A stretch of 64,000 nt of DNA from Spongospora subterranea f. sp. subterranea (lineage: Eukaryota): NCBI GenBank assembly GCA_049724395.1, contig JAUGWO010000080.1, positions 1-64,000 of the forward strand, written 5' to 3'. Position 1 is the first letter of the stretch. Each line of letters starts with the position of its first letter. The notes beneath the pieces were generated by a model that saw only the letters and a program-made list of their open reading frames with translations, had not been told where the DNA came from and made no database searches. The position numbers were made by a program, and so were the translations under genes. Of this stretch, positions 52,250 to 64,000 are shown piece after piece.

Positions 52250-52870
52250 ACATTCCTATTCAACTTTCTCGTCGTAGCATTGGTTCAAGTTGGGATTCCA
52301 ATGAGTTCATCAAGACTTGTTAGACAAACATGTTTTGGGCAACGTTCGCAAATCCTGCACCAGATTCTCACGACATCGTTGATCGCATTCAGCACGACTG
52401 GTCCCCGCGCCTGATCCAGCGCTCGGGGAACCCCAGCTCGAACTATTCGCCATCGGAGAGTTCGTGCGGGTTCCCGCAAGCGCCAGCAGAGCGACCAGCA
52501 AGACCTTGTCGACATTATTGTCGTAAGTCCTGGGCCTCTGCAGGATCATCCATCTTCACTGGGTTGATACAACCTCGTAAACCCGATCGGGATCCATCGA
52601 ACGAAAAGGCGCACCTTCGGTTCCTTGGCGGGAGGAGCGGGGGCGGTTTCAGGAGTGACCGTTGTAGTGATCGCATGCAACTGTTGCTCATGATGTCCCC
52701 TCATTGCCTGACATCCGAATGCAAATTGTTGTTGTTGCTGGGCGAGAGCGGTCTGGGTCAGGGTTCTGATCTGCCGACACTTGCGGTGCGAGTTGGCCGG
52801 CACCGACTCGGAGCAATCGCACAAACGGACAGCGGGGGAGGAGTGAGAGAAGCGATTACTCAGTTTCAAG
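52250..52870 (-). mobile_element. Decayed retrotransposon gag-like fragment
   Basis: A Q-rich coiled region is followed by PAKEPKVRL and TYDNNVDKV, similar to Gypsy gag N-termini. Many frameshifts. Confidence 0.4.
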
Positions 52871-54383
52871 TTGGTTTAAACCGCAACAGTAACCGCCGAG
52901 AAAGGTTTACACCAGTATATAATCCAGCGGTGAAACGCCCTTGCGTTCAGTGCTCGTGGACTGGACTGCAGTTTTCTTGAAAAAGCCAAAGAAGCGTCTG
53001 TGAAACCGTCTTTGGAACCTCCTCGCTCTGGTCGATGAAGATGTGCCATATTACGCATTGGATTTGGAGCAATGGGATTCGTAATTCCTGGGCGAATCTA
53101 CTCCAGAAACGTTCATAACATCGTCTTCTTTATCGTCAGGTTTTATATCCTAGCGTTCCCTCAACCATAAAAGAGGTGTCGAAAAACACATGTTGAGGTG
53201 GTATAACATGCAAATCGTAGCTCTTTTCATATCTACTATCAGCCATCACCAGAAGCTCGTCCTCGATTGCTGATGTGCACAGGAAATAAGATAGCAGGTT
53301 GCCGACCATTACAGCTGTAGCCCAAAGTAATGCTTTAGAGACATATTCCGCCCCGTTGGGCCATACCATTCGATTACCGAACGTGGCAGTCAACGTGGTC
53401 CAGATCATGACCTGGTACAACGTTGCGATAACCATTACCTTTTTTTTGTGATGAAGTTTGCACTTTTCATGCAGGTCGGCCGGTCCCTCGGTTGTAGGGC
53501 CAAGATTCACTTTTTTATGGCTGTCGCCTCAAAAGCTCCTCCCAGGAACAAGCTCGCACTCGCAATAGAGACCTTCTTGGCCATTACCTATTCCCAGATG
53601 TGGTCGTACCTCAGGGGTGGCTTCATGATCTGGTCCACCTAGTCCTGCCATTTTGTAATCGAAAGAATTGTTCAATGCGGATGAGTAGTTGCGCCGCGTT
53701 GCACCGTCATCGCAGGTCTGCTGATCGACATTCTGTGGCTCACAATTTCTGCACATCATCATTCGACGACGAGCTTCTGTAGAGCACTGATTGTGGATAA
53801 ATATGATTGTATTGTAAATTACTGGTTTGATGAAGACCGTCGCTGCAGTAAACATGAATCCATGACAGGATTCCCCTGTCCATCCGCCGCAACCATGGCA
53901 CGTGTACTTTTGATCTGACGCGACCAGTACCGTCTTGGGTGTTCGCACTCACCATCAATCTGCTCTGCCATTAGCTTCTGTGAGTTTCGGGAGCGCTTGT
54001 TAGGCTCGTCGATGGGATGATCATGGGCATCGAGGATGTTCATAGCGGAGACTGCATCATTACTAAGAGGTTAGTGAATATGTTGGGTCAAAAAGAACTG
54101 AGGGGTATATATCATGACAGGACTACGTGATCCTGTCGAAGGATGCAACTCAAAAGAGCTGAATCGGACACAAATAACAGCAGAATAAACAGAACAGATT
54201 TGTCTTATAACCTATCGGCTTTGACGTAATAGCATTGCCAATTCATTCGGCCTCCAATGATGTCAACTCAAAAGAACTGTACATGCATGTTTATGATTGA
54301 CTGGGAAAGCAGTCAGGATATCGACACGAGATCCGCCTGATGAAAAGACAAGACCAGAATAGTGTAACTCAGGAGCACGATGG

Positions 54384-57300
54384 TGATAGCAAATAGGCAG
54401 AGTGTCGTTCATTGATCACGATGAATGGTGAGACTTAACAACCTGACGCGTGCTGGCGTGACTCAACACACCGCTCTCCCATCGTCACCCTTATCAGCCG
54501 CCCTAAGGCGGTGCACACAACCCACGCCCGATGCTTTCCATCATGACGTCAATGACATGACGTATAGTTGGCGTTGTCAACGCATCTGCCGGAGTCGACG
54601 CGCTCGAACCTAATGTGGCCATCCTCAACGCATTCCCTTACGTAATGCCATCGGACCCGAATGTGTTTGTTGCGATCTGTAATCGCGTTCGTCTTCACCA
54701 TCTGCTCCACTGTTGTGTTGTCTTCCAGCACGATTGATGGATACCTCTATCGGAACCCAATCCCTTCCAGCAGGATGCGGATCCATGCAGCTTCTCGCGC
54801 CAACTCGCTGGCAGCGATATACCCGGCATGACATGATGACATCGCCACCATTCCCTGCTGCCAACATACGATTGCACCGCAAACGAGCACAATGAATCCC
54901 GTGACCGATTTGGAAATACAATCTGCGTCCCTCGCGACGTCGGAATCGATCGCCATCCGCGGTTCGCTCGTCTTCTTGATCTCATCATTCAGTGCCTCAG
55001 GATCAAATCCGTTGACCGGGAAGTGACTCTTTTTGAACCTGATGCCGATATCGGGACAACCTTCGATATACCGCATCACATGCACCATCATCTTCAAGTG
55101 TTCCTGAGATGTCTTGACAGCGGCGACACAGTACGTGTCACATTCGGACGATTGCCGACAGATAAGTGTGCCAGGCACCCTAGACCTTCCCTGTACTCTT
55201 CGTGTCGGTAGGGCTCACCACTCTGGCGTCGTCGATGATTTTGACCGGTCGGAATCGGCGTCACGGTCTCCTCTGCGTCCCATCAACTCATCAATCTGGG
55301 CCCGAAATCGCTCCACGTCCCCTCTAACATACTGGGCCTGATCCAGTGGATGTCCTGCTGTACTCTCATCCCCAAAATCCATCGTACTGGCCCTAGGTCC
55401 TTCATCTTCATGGCCCTGCCTAACTCCGTCTTCACGCGCTCGATCTCATCCGGGTTCGTGCCGATCATCACGACGTCACCCACAAACACACCGATCACCA
55501 TGAGGTGATCACCAGACAGGGATCCCCATGCACAGTCCTAAACCCGATCTCTTTAACTACTGAAACCAGCTCTTCGTACCACATCCTTGGTGCCTCCACC
55601 AGTCCCTATAGACCCTTTTTCAACCGCCACACCCTCTGGGAACGATCATCAATTGCGAAGTTTCGCTGTTGCTGGCAAGACATCGCCACCGTTAGGACCC
55701 CATTCAAATATGCGGTTTTCACATCCAATTGGTGAATGATGACGCCCCCACATTGCCCCCAGTGATAACATGACCCGCGACGTCGAATACCGTATCGTCG
55801 GGGAATATGTCTCCATCAGGTCCTTGAATCGATCACAGCATCCCTTCACCACGAATCGAGCCTTGAACCGAGTGATCTCCCCTCTTATATTGGAATGAAG
55901 ATTGTCCGAAATGGTCAGGGCGGCGCAGGTGCGATCGGGAGTACCGAGGCAGTATTGGACGGAGAATGTCCAATACCTAACGTGGATCGGCAACCGTGTG
56001 AGACTGGCGATACAGGATGGCAAGACAACCCCAATCGAGGAGTTGACGGGTGAGAAGGCCGACCTGACCTGACCAGAGCAATCACCTTCGGCTGCGAGGC
56101 TTGGGTAAAGATTCGGCGGAAACATTCGGCAAAGCTGGATACGAAGGCTGAAAAGGCAGTGCATCGATGGCATCATCACCTGCTCGTGCGACGTCGAATA
56201 CGTCCTCGTTCACTAACGTTTTGTACTCCTCCTCTTCGGCTGCCAAGAACTCTTTCTTGTACGGTCCGTTCATCGTCTCGCGCTCGTCCCGCGGGTCCGT
56301 CGCCATTCGATCTGAATGACACGAGCGCCATCAGAGCCTCATCAGTCGTCTTGGTCGAATCATTTGGACGATGATCGTCGTTGGTAGGATCAAAGGACAC
56401 ACCTTCGTCCTCATCATGGGCTCTACTGCTGATTCCTCCCGCTCCACGATCGCCGTCGCCCTTTTGCGACGCGCCTCACCATCAAAGTCCAAATCCGCGA
56501 ACCGTATCGGTTGTCCCCGATCGCCTTCGTGATTGTTCAGCAGATGAACCTCGCCGGAGTTCCAATCCCGGAAGAAAACTTCAGAAACTGAAACGACGAA
56601 GTACCAGGTGCTTGACTCTCGTCCGCCCTGGACATGGTCCCTGTCAACGCGATCTTCGCCGCCGCCAATATCGTCGCGCTCTTCCTCTTCACAACTTTTC
56701 TTGATCCATCAGCACATCATTGTCTTCCTGCAGACGCTTCTCTGTAGCTTCTCCATCGCCGCTCGCTTTGAAGGGAAATTCCTCCCTGAAGAATACCACG
56801 TCGCGTGATTCGATGATCTTTCGGCTCGATCACAGCAAACACCCTTATTCTGACAGACGCCCAAATGCACTGCCTTTGCAGCCTTCGTCTCCAGCTTGTC
56901 AAATGTTTCCTCGCCGAATTTTTACCCAAGCCTCGCAGCCGAAGGTGCTTGCTCTAGTCAGGTCAGGTTGGCCTTCTCACCCGTCAACTCCTCAATTGGG
57001 GTTGTCTTGCTATCCTGATCCACGTTTGGTATTGGCCATTCTCAGTCAAATATTGCCTCGCTCGATCGCACCTGAGCCGCCCTGACCATTCGGACAATCT
57101 TCATTCCAAATGTTTCCGCACGACCATTTTGAGAAGGTCGATCAGTGTCGGGGAACTCGTGTTTGATGCCCTGTTAGCGAAGTTCGTCTGCGACCCTCCT
57201 AGAGGTGTACTCCCCGCCTTGATCCGCCCTTAAGGTGTCGATCTGATACCACCGCTCATTGCTTCGAATCGTTTGAGGACACCCATCATTACATCCGCCT

Positions 57301-60148
57301 GCTGATCTTTTGTTGTCAGATTCACCGTTGCCAGCGTTCATGTTGCATGATTGCCAACGTAGATTGCCATGTACCGTTTCCCATCATGAGACCGAGTATC
57401 AAAGGTCTGCAGCAGATCAGCGCCAATGATCTATAGCGGGCGGAGGACCATCCTTGTCCTCTGCTTCGGGGTCACCGCATTGTCGAGGTTTCCCACAATA
57501 CACACCATGCATCTGGGCACGTCGTTTCTTGTCCAGGTCAGTTGGGTCGTCGTTCAGCCCGAGAACCGCCTCATTCGCAACTGCCTTCTTGATAGTTTAC
57601 GGTTGACAGGTCGCCTACCCTTGAGTGTGCTGTCGCCATACCTACCTCGCGCCTGGCCCCGTTTTGTCTTTGTACGTCGGGTTTGGATGTTCCGGTTTGG
57701 GGGGGCGGCCGGAGCCAACTCCCTGACTGAAAATCCTGGACTGCTCGTAGACCCAGGTACATAAATCCCCGTTGTACGGTGACGGTCACCAACACCTTGC
57801 CATTCTTGTCGAGGATCTGAGACGACCGCGCCGTCTCCACGTGCTCCGCGCCTGTCCCCGACCTGGACAAGGCCGTTCTGATAACGAAAAAGGTTTCCGA
57901 CTGCATCGGGCGAATATCCGGCCTGAATCTTGATGTGCCCACCAGACGCCGTCCGCAGCACGATCTCTCGTCGACCGCTGATGCGTATACGATCCCCGCC
58001 AACGCCTCCGATCGTTGGGCGCTCATTCTCGGCATACAGCGTCACATTGGTGATGTGTGTCGGGCTGGTCGAGATGTCAGGGCCCCATCCATAACCCAAT
58101 AGCGATCGCCATCTCCCCAATCGATAAGGTCATATTGACCATTGCGACGTAGGTGGCCATGATCTCGTTGACCACCACCAGATCACCAGACGTAGGTGGC
58201 CATGATCTCGTTGACCACCACCAGACCACCAGACGTAGGTGGCCATGATCTCGTTGACCACCACCAGATCACCAGACGTAGGTGGCCATGATCTCGTTGA
58301 CCACCACCAGATCACCAGACGTAGGTGGCCATGATCTCGTTGACCACCACCAGACCACCAGACGTAGGTGGCCATGATCTCGTTGACCACCACCAGACCA
58401 CCAGACGTAGGTGGCCATGATCTCGTTGACCACCACCAGACCACCAGACGTAGGTGGCCATGATCTCGTTGACCACCACCAGATCACCAGACGTAGGTGG
58501 CCATGATCTCGTTCTCGACGTGACCACCACCAGACCCACCAGACGTAGGTGGCCATGATCTCGTTGACCACCACCAGATCACCAGACGTAGGTGGCCATG
58601 ATCTCGTTGACCACCACCAGATCACCAGACGTAGGTGGCCATGATCTCGTTGACCACCACCAGACCACCAGACCACCAGACGTAGGTGGCCATGATCTCG
58701 TTGACCACCACCAGACCACCAGACGTAGGTGGCCATGATCTCGTTGACCACCACCAGATCACCAGACGTAGGTGGCCATGATCTCGTTGACCACCACCAG
58801 ACCACCAGACGTAGGTGGCCATGATCTCGTTGACCACCACCAGATCACCAGACGTAGGTGGCCATGATCTCGTTGACCACCACCAGACCACCAGACGTAG
58901 GTGGCCATGATCTCGTTGACCACCACCAGACCACCAGACGTAGGTGGCCATGATCTCGTTGACCACCACCAGACCACCAGACGTAGGTGGCCATGATCTC
59001 GTTGACCACCACCAGATCACCAGACGTAGGTGGCCATGATCTCGTTGACCACCACCAGACCACCAGACGTAGGTGGCCATGATCTCGTTGACCACCACCA
59101 GATCACCAGACGTAGGTGGCCATGATCTCGTTGACCACCACCAGATCACCAGACGTAGGTGGCCATGATCTCGTTGACCACCACCAGATCACCAGACGTA
59201 GGTGGCCATGATCTCGTTGACCACCACAACGCCCATCCAGTTTCCTGTCCTCCTTACAGTTAGCCGCCCGATGTCCTGCCTTGCCGCATCTGAAACACCT
59301 TTCTCTAAACCTAACTAAGGCCGTCTTGGCCGACTCCCTTTCCTCTTCTTTTCCATCAGTGTCCATCTACGACCACCTTCCTCTTCACCTCTCAGGGTGT
59401 GAACTCTGATCTCTCCAGATTCAGCAGTTGGCTCTTTATATCTTCCAGCTCATCCTGGAGACCCAACGTCATTCTCAAAGCCAGGTCGTGGCCGTTCACT
59501 TCAAAATTTGTATCCACATCATTTCCGCCAAGTACTCCTTGACGTCCTTGACAGTGGGGTTCTTGGAACATCTCAGCTTGTTCAGCTCTATTTCCAGCGA
59601 CGTCAGGTCCTGTTTTTCGCGACTCTCGCGTACTCCTCCTGGATGGCATCCATGGCCTCTTTCGGGGAATGGATTCCGATCATTATTTCGCTGATTGGTA
59701 TCCACCTCCATGTTGTACGTCAGTAGACTCATGGCCTCAGCCATCCTTCTTTCTCGTCGCCTCGCAGGACCTGATCCAACCCTGATATCGTCGCGGCTGT
59801 CTCGATATGGTGCAGCCAAACCCCGACAATTGGCGTCATCTCGGCTTCAGCTTCATTCCGATATCGTAGGCAGGTTTGCCCGGGACACGTCCTTTGATGG
59901 CTCATCTCTGTCGTCTTACTTGTCTGCGAGACCTGTCTAGGCTGAGGGCGGGACTCTTGATCATAGGTAAGAACGGTGACCGATGGGACTCGTGATCTCG
60001 AATAGACGAAACTTGGGATCACGAGGTTGATAGAAAATAGGCAGAGTGTCGTTCATTGACCATGCTGAATCATGGTGAATAAACAACCTGGCGCGTGCTT
60101 GAGTGACTCAACACCGCACTCCCGGTCGTCACCCTTCCGATACTATCA
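54384..60148 (-). mobile_element. Ty1/Copia LTR retrotransposon (decayed) with both LTRs
   Basis: LTRs at 54384-54496 and 60028-60148 (TGATAG...ATCA). gag CFRCGKAGHRAANC; protease WVMDG; integrase LRADQGGEYTS; RT RFKARFVVKG, TYSP and MKDLGPVRWILGM; RNase H KHIRVRWHYVRE. Confidence 0.93.
58146..59227. repeat. 43-bp tandem array (GACGTAGGTGGCCATGATCTCGTTGACCACCACCAGA[T/C]CACCA), about 25 copies, inside the Copia gag-protease linker
   Basis: Directly visible, with one T/C polymorphic site. Confidence 0.98.
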
Positions 60149-60510
60149 AAGACGGCGGTACAAACAGCATTAGTTTGAACGAAATCTACTTTCATTTGTT
60201 CGAAATCGAGAATCAGATTCCGTTCTTTTTGGTGTGAATTGAGAAACCGGACCAATGCTTTGAAGTTAGATACAGTATATTGAGAAACGAGAGATGTCCA
60301 GAAACATCTCATATCGCCAACGACCATTGTTCCAGTTTGCAGTGTATATATGCAGTATGTATGTACGAGGTGTACGTATGTGGACAGAGCAGCCCAGTGT
60401 ATGCTCGTGAGTTGGCCAAGTCCAACCGGCGCAACGGTGAGATGGCAATTGCGCTCTGAAGGATTTCCCGTCGTATCTTCATATCAACACGTTCAGGCTG
60501 TTGGTCTGCA

Positions 60511-61236
60511 ATGCGTGTTTACTCCCCGCGTTCATCTATTACCTTGCTGGGATGTATATTCTTCATCAACATGGCGTGCGCCACGATTTATGAGCTCTTC
60601 CCAGGCAAACCGTACTGTATTGGGTGCGCTCGGCAGGCGTCGTTTGAATATATAGACGGTTTGATCGTAATTTTAGGGACGATGCCGAGAAAAACGACCT
60701 TTTCCGAGGAAAGTACATTGTTAAACAGGGCCAACCTGGTCAGGTTGACATCGTCATCACTGATTCAAACCAGAGAGAGGTGCTGAGGAAGACTGGAGAT
60801 GTTGAATCTTCATGGTTGTATACGGCCACTGCTAAAGGAGAAATCCGAGTCTGCATGTTCAATAAAGGAGGATTTCCTGTTAAAGTTGATCTTGAGATGG
60901 GAGCTGGTCCTGCCGCTAAAGATTACGATGCCATCGCTAAGAAAGAGAACCTCAAGCCGCTAGAACTTGAGTTGCGTCGGTTGGAAGACCTGATTTCTTC
61001 AGTGAAGTCAGACTTTGAATACTATACTTCTCGCGAACAGGAAGCACGCAGTGTCAATGGTAAGATAGATAATGTAATCCAATGAACCAGCTCATTTGTA
61101 ATTGTTTTCCTTTGCAGAGAGTACTAATTCTCGTGTTCTTATTGGATTTCTAGTGTCGATGGCCTTCATTCTAGGCATTGGCACTTGGCAGCTTTACGTT
61201 TTACAGAAATACTTTACATCCAAGAAAATGATGTGA
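60511..61236 (+). CDS. p24/emp24/gp25L (TMED10/p24delta-like) cargo receptor, multi-exon
   Basis: Signal peptide, GOLD-domain cysteines, AKDYDAIAKKENLKPLELELRRLEDL, N|ESTNSRV, a TM helix and the tail LQKYFTSKKMM*. Confidence 0.93.
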
Positions 61237-62068
61237 AATCTAATAAGTTTTCCTAATCATCGATACAATACAAACCATGTATTACCAGTCGATTTATTGG
61301 AAAACAGTTTATCGGGTTTTTGCTTTATCATATGCACAATGTTCTGTAAACCGACACCCGATTGAGTTATAACGTTGCCAGTTTGCCATTTTATGCAGAG
61401 ACTTTTCATGAGCTCTATATGTTTTTTATCATTCACGATCGGATTGACTGGTATTCCGCCAGCCGCGCATATCTAATTCGACATCAAATGCCCAGTTATA
61501 TCGACGCCATCAACGGTAAACTGCCGGTACATGTTTTCGTCGAACTTTTGCGACAACTGACAATCACTGGGAGATGCGCACAAGTGTGTCACCCAATCAA
61601 CCGGCTGACAGTTGCATTCCTCGCTAAGCTCTTACCTTCACACTTTCGGTGCCGACATGTTCGCTGTTTCATTCCCGAAACGGTTTGCACTAAAGTCAAC
61701 AGCTCTACAAAACCTCTGGCCAGACCTTCTGTGCATTTGGGTGACATTCTAGAAAACTGCGTGTTGGCGCAACGATCGCCCGACCAGGCTCCGCAATTCA
61801 AAACCGGAAACGAATTTGGTCACGGAGTGTTCTAGAGTGAATGTATTGCCTGTAACAGGATCTGAGACTGTGATTATAAAGTACTTGATTGGCAAGTGGG
61901 CAGGGCAGAATCGGGCACAGGTTGGAGTCGCCTGCTGCACGGTCATCGCGTGTGGCCAAGGCGCCACCTCTGCCAAGACGGCACCATCACAATTCTGCTC
62001 GGGGCCACACGCTCTGTTTCGGCGGTTTCTGTGTCGTTTCTGCAGGTTCAGCGGGCAATCCTAGGGAT

Positions 62069-62887
62069 ATGGACAACCGATCACTTTCTATCCTGGTTAT
62101 TCTGTTCACAACCGCTCTGATTCACCGTTGTTCGTGTCAACAACCTGACGCTTCCTCGGATGATCAGAGTACTTACAAGACCCCAAGTTCGATGATGTCA
62201 GCGTTGATCGCTTCCTTCACGATGATTGTGTCGTCCGAAATCGGCGACAAAACGTTCTTCATAGCCGCGATTATGTCGATGCGCCATGACCGACGCATTG
62301 TTTTCTTGGGAGCGATAATGGCGCTTTTTGTGATGACAGTTCTGTCAGCTATTCTTGGGTCTGCTTTGCCGGCGTTATTACCTCGGTTTTATACTCATAT
62401 TGCCGCCATTTGCCTGTTCCTAGTGTTCGGCCTCAAACTGTTGAAGGACGCACTGTCGATATCGGATGATGATCTGCAAGGAGAGATTGATGAGACCGAA
62501 GCTGAGGTCAACGCAATGTCGTCGAAGAGGACTGACGAGACTGATGATGATGATATGAATGAATTGGAATCCCAAACTGGCGTATCGCTTCATAGGAAAA
62601 AGAGTCATCTTGCGCTATCGACGAAATACATCTTAACTCAAGCATTCACCATGACATTTCTAGCGGAATGGGGCGACAGATCCCAGATTGCGACCATCGT
62701 CATGGCAGCCGATTCCAACCCATACGGCGTTGTGATTGGTGGCGTAATGGGGCACACATTCTGTACCTTGATGGCTGTGCTGGGGGGGAAGCTTCTTGCT
62801 GCTCGTATATCGGAAAGGACGGTTCATATTCTCGGCGGTGTGTTGTTCTTATTTTTCGCTGTACACTCCATCGTATCTGGTCATTAA
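62069..62887 (+). CDS. TMEM165: GDT1/TMEM165 (UPF0016) Ca2+/Mn2+ transporter, single exon
   Basis: Two E-x-G-D-[KR]-[TS] motifs (SEIGDKTFF and AEWGDRSQ), an acidic central loop and an N-terminal signal peptide from Met 62069. Confidence 0.95.
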   Translation: MDNRSLSILVILFTTALIHRCSCQQPDASSDDQSTYKTPSSMMSALIASFTMIVSSEIGDKTFFIAAIMSMRHDRRIVFLGAIMALFVMTVLSAILGSALPALLPRFYTHIAAICLFLVFGLKLLKDALSISDDDLQGEIDETEAEVNAMSSKRTDETDDDDMNELESQTGVSLHRKKSHLALSTKYILTQAFTMTFLAEWGDRSQIATIVMAADSNPYGVVIGGVMGHTFCTLMAVLGGKLLAARISERTVHILGGVLFLFFAVHSIVSGH

Positions 62888-62943
62888 CACTTCAAATCAA
62901 TCTTCAGCCAATGTCAATATACAATCGCGCTTTTTTTTATTTT

Positions 62944-63678
62944 CTACACGTTAAGATTATCTTGATCAGCCTGCCAATCATGAATACTGATGTCAGCTCC
63001 GTAAACAGATTCCGTCGCCGAAGACCTTTTCAAATATGGGCCCATCCATGAAATTACGATGAATGAAGTCAATGAAACTAGAACCGCCACTGACAGGAAA
63101 ACATACGACAATGTGTCACGAAAGGTTAGAACCCGATAAATGCCAACATTATGAGTTAGGGTATAGGCGGCGTTGACCGGGATGTACGTCAGAACGATGG
63201 TTGGCCAGAATACGTGGCCCTTGATGAACAACGTGTCGGAAATCGTAAAGTCCACGATGAGCAGCGCCAGCGTCAGTCCATGGTCTGCGATGTTGCGAAA
63301 CAGACGGAAGGTCGTCAGGTAGCCCGGGCGAATAAACGGGTGTATGGCAACCCAATACATGGCGCACACCATAATGTTGTTTGGAATGCAGATCTCGTTG
63401 AGGATGTAGGCCGATTGCTTGATAAATGCGGGGCAGAACGAGTATAGAGCGCAGCATGAGGTGAGAAAGTATGCGAGGTTCAGAATCGACAGCCAATGCG
63501 TCAGGTACAATATGTAAGGTATATTCCCAACAGCCGTATAATCGATTATGATGGTAAACATTAAAAACATCGCGCAGGATGCCCGAAATAACGCCAGCCA
63601 GCGCCTGGACATGAAACGGCTGGACAATATAGACAGCGGAGATGCGTCGACATTACAACCTTTTTGGTATACAGTCAT
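62944..63678 (-). CDS. Multi-pass membrane protein, rolling stone / FAR-17a-AIG1-like
   Basis: LYLTHW, MYW, DHG...LLIVDF, H...P..LTY..VN..Y and IY.VL.F pattern with about 6 hydrophobic segments. Confidence 0.75.
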   Translation of the reverse strand: MTVYQKGCNVDASPLSILSSRFMSRRWLALFRASCAMFLMFTIIIDYTAVGNIPYILYLTHWLSILNLAYFLTSCCALYSFCPAFIKQSAYILNEICIPNNIMVCAMYWVAIHPFIRPGYLTTFRLFRNIADHGLTLALLIVDFTISDTLFIKGHVFWPTIVLTYIPVNAAYTLTHNVGIYRVLTFRDTLSYVFLSVAVLVSLTSFIVISWMGPYLKRSSATESVYGADISIHDWQADQDNLNV

Positions 63679-64000
63679 TGGCCAAGACGATATGAAACCA
63701 GGCGACGGGCGAGTCCCTGGCGATAACTCGGGCAGCAGCGGTGACGTGGAATTATCAACCGTTGGCGTTCAGATAGAGGATCGTATCCGAAAAAGGTCGA
63801 GATTAATGGGATGATGGGGCTCCCCCCAACGAAATTGTCACCGACCAACGACCTTGACTGACGCTACCCAACGCAACATGAACATGACTTGCGCACTTGT
63901 TTGACTTTAGACAGTTGCGGAGTTTTGGGTGACCTTCTGACTCCTTCCTGTTGGTATTTTTGACTAAACCGTCCCGTGCTGTTACATGACGGGAACCCTT

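Noticed and set aside
54379..60155. TSD for the Copia element (GATGG vs GACGG)
   Set aside because: The match has one mismatch and is offset by 2 nt from the right LTR end, so it is suggestive only.
61889..62068. N-terminal extension of the GDT1 ORF in the ORF track
   Set aside because: It begins at a non-ATG codon, and Met 62069 is followed by a signal-peptide-like stretch.

Overview
Eukaryotic genomic DNA, with GT-AG introns of about 50-60 nt and tightly packed genes. A protist such as a plasmodiophorid is my inference from the gene style, not a demonstrated assignment. (i) 1-7.4 kb: tandemly duplicated, partly frameshifted ankyrin-repeat genes in which each exon encodes one ankyrin repeat. 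(ii) 7.4-43 kb: a block of nested, decayed transposons. It holds a Ulp1-type protease remnant, a pogo-like transposase, PIF/Harbinger, Crypton and mariner remnants, and two chromodomain Ty3/Gypsy families. It also holds a Mutator-like element whose ORF reads GCM zinc domain + DDE core + USP/UCH-like peptidase + PARP-like zinc finger. Tandem arrays of 28, 25, 87 and 23 bp lie within this block. (iii) 43-64 kb: apparently intact genes (PP2A B55, a multi-cNMP-domain protein, STI1-thioredoxin-PUL, p24/TMED, GDT1/TMEM165, a rolling-stone-like membrane protein), interrupted by a decayed Copia element with a 43-bp array. The most notable observations are four. First, the GCM-MULE-deubiquitinase fusion. 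Second, the satellites can be traced to short transposon segments. Third, one chromovirus family lacks a tRNA primer site and instead has an oligo-T tract inside a covarying stem. Fourth, the ankyrin genes have a one-repeat-per-exon architecture. All domain calls come from motifs recognised by eye; no searches were run.
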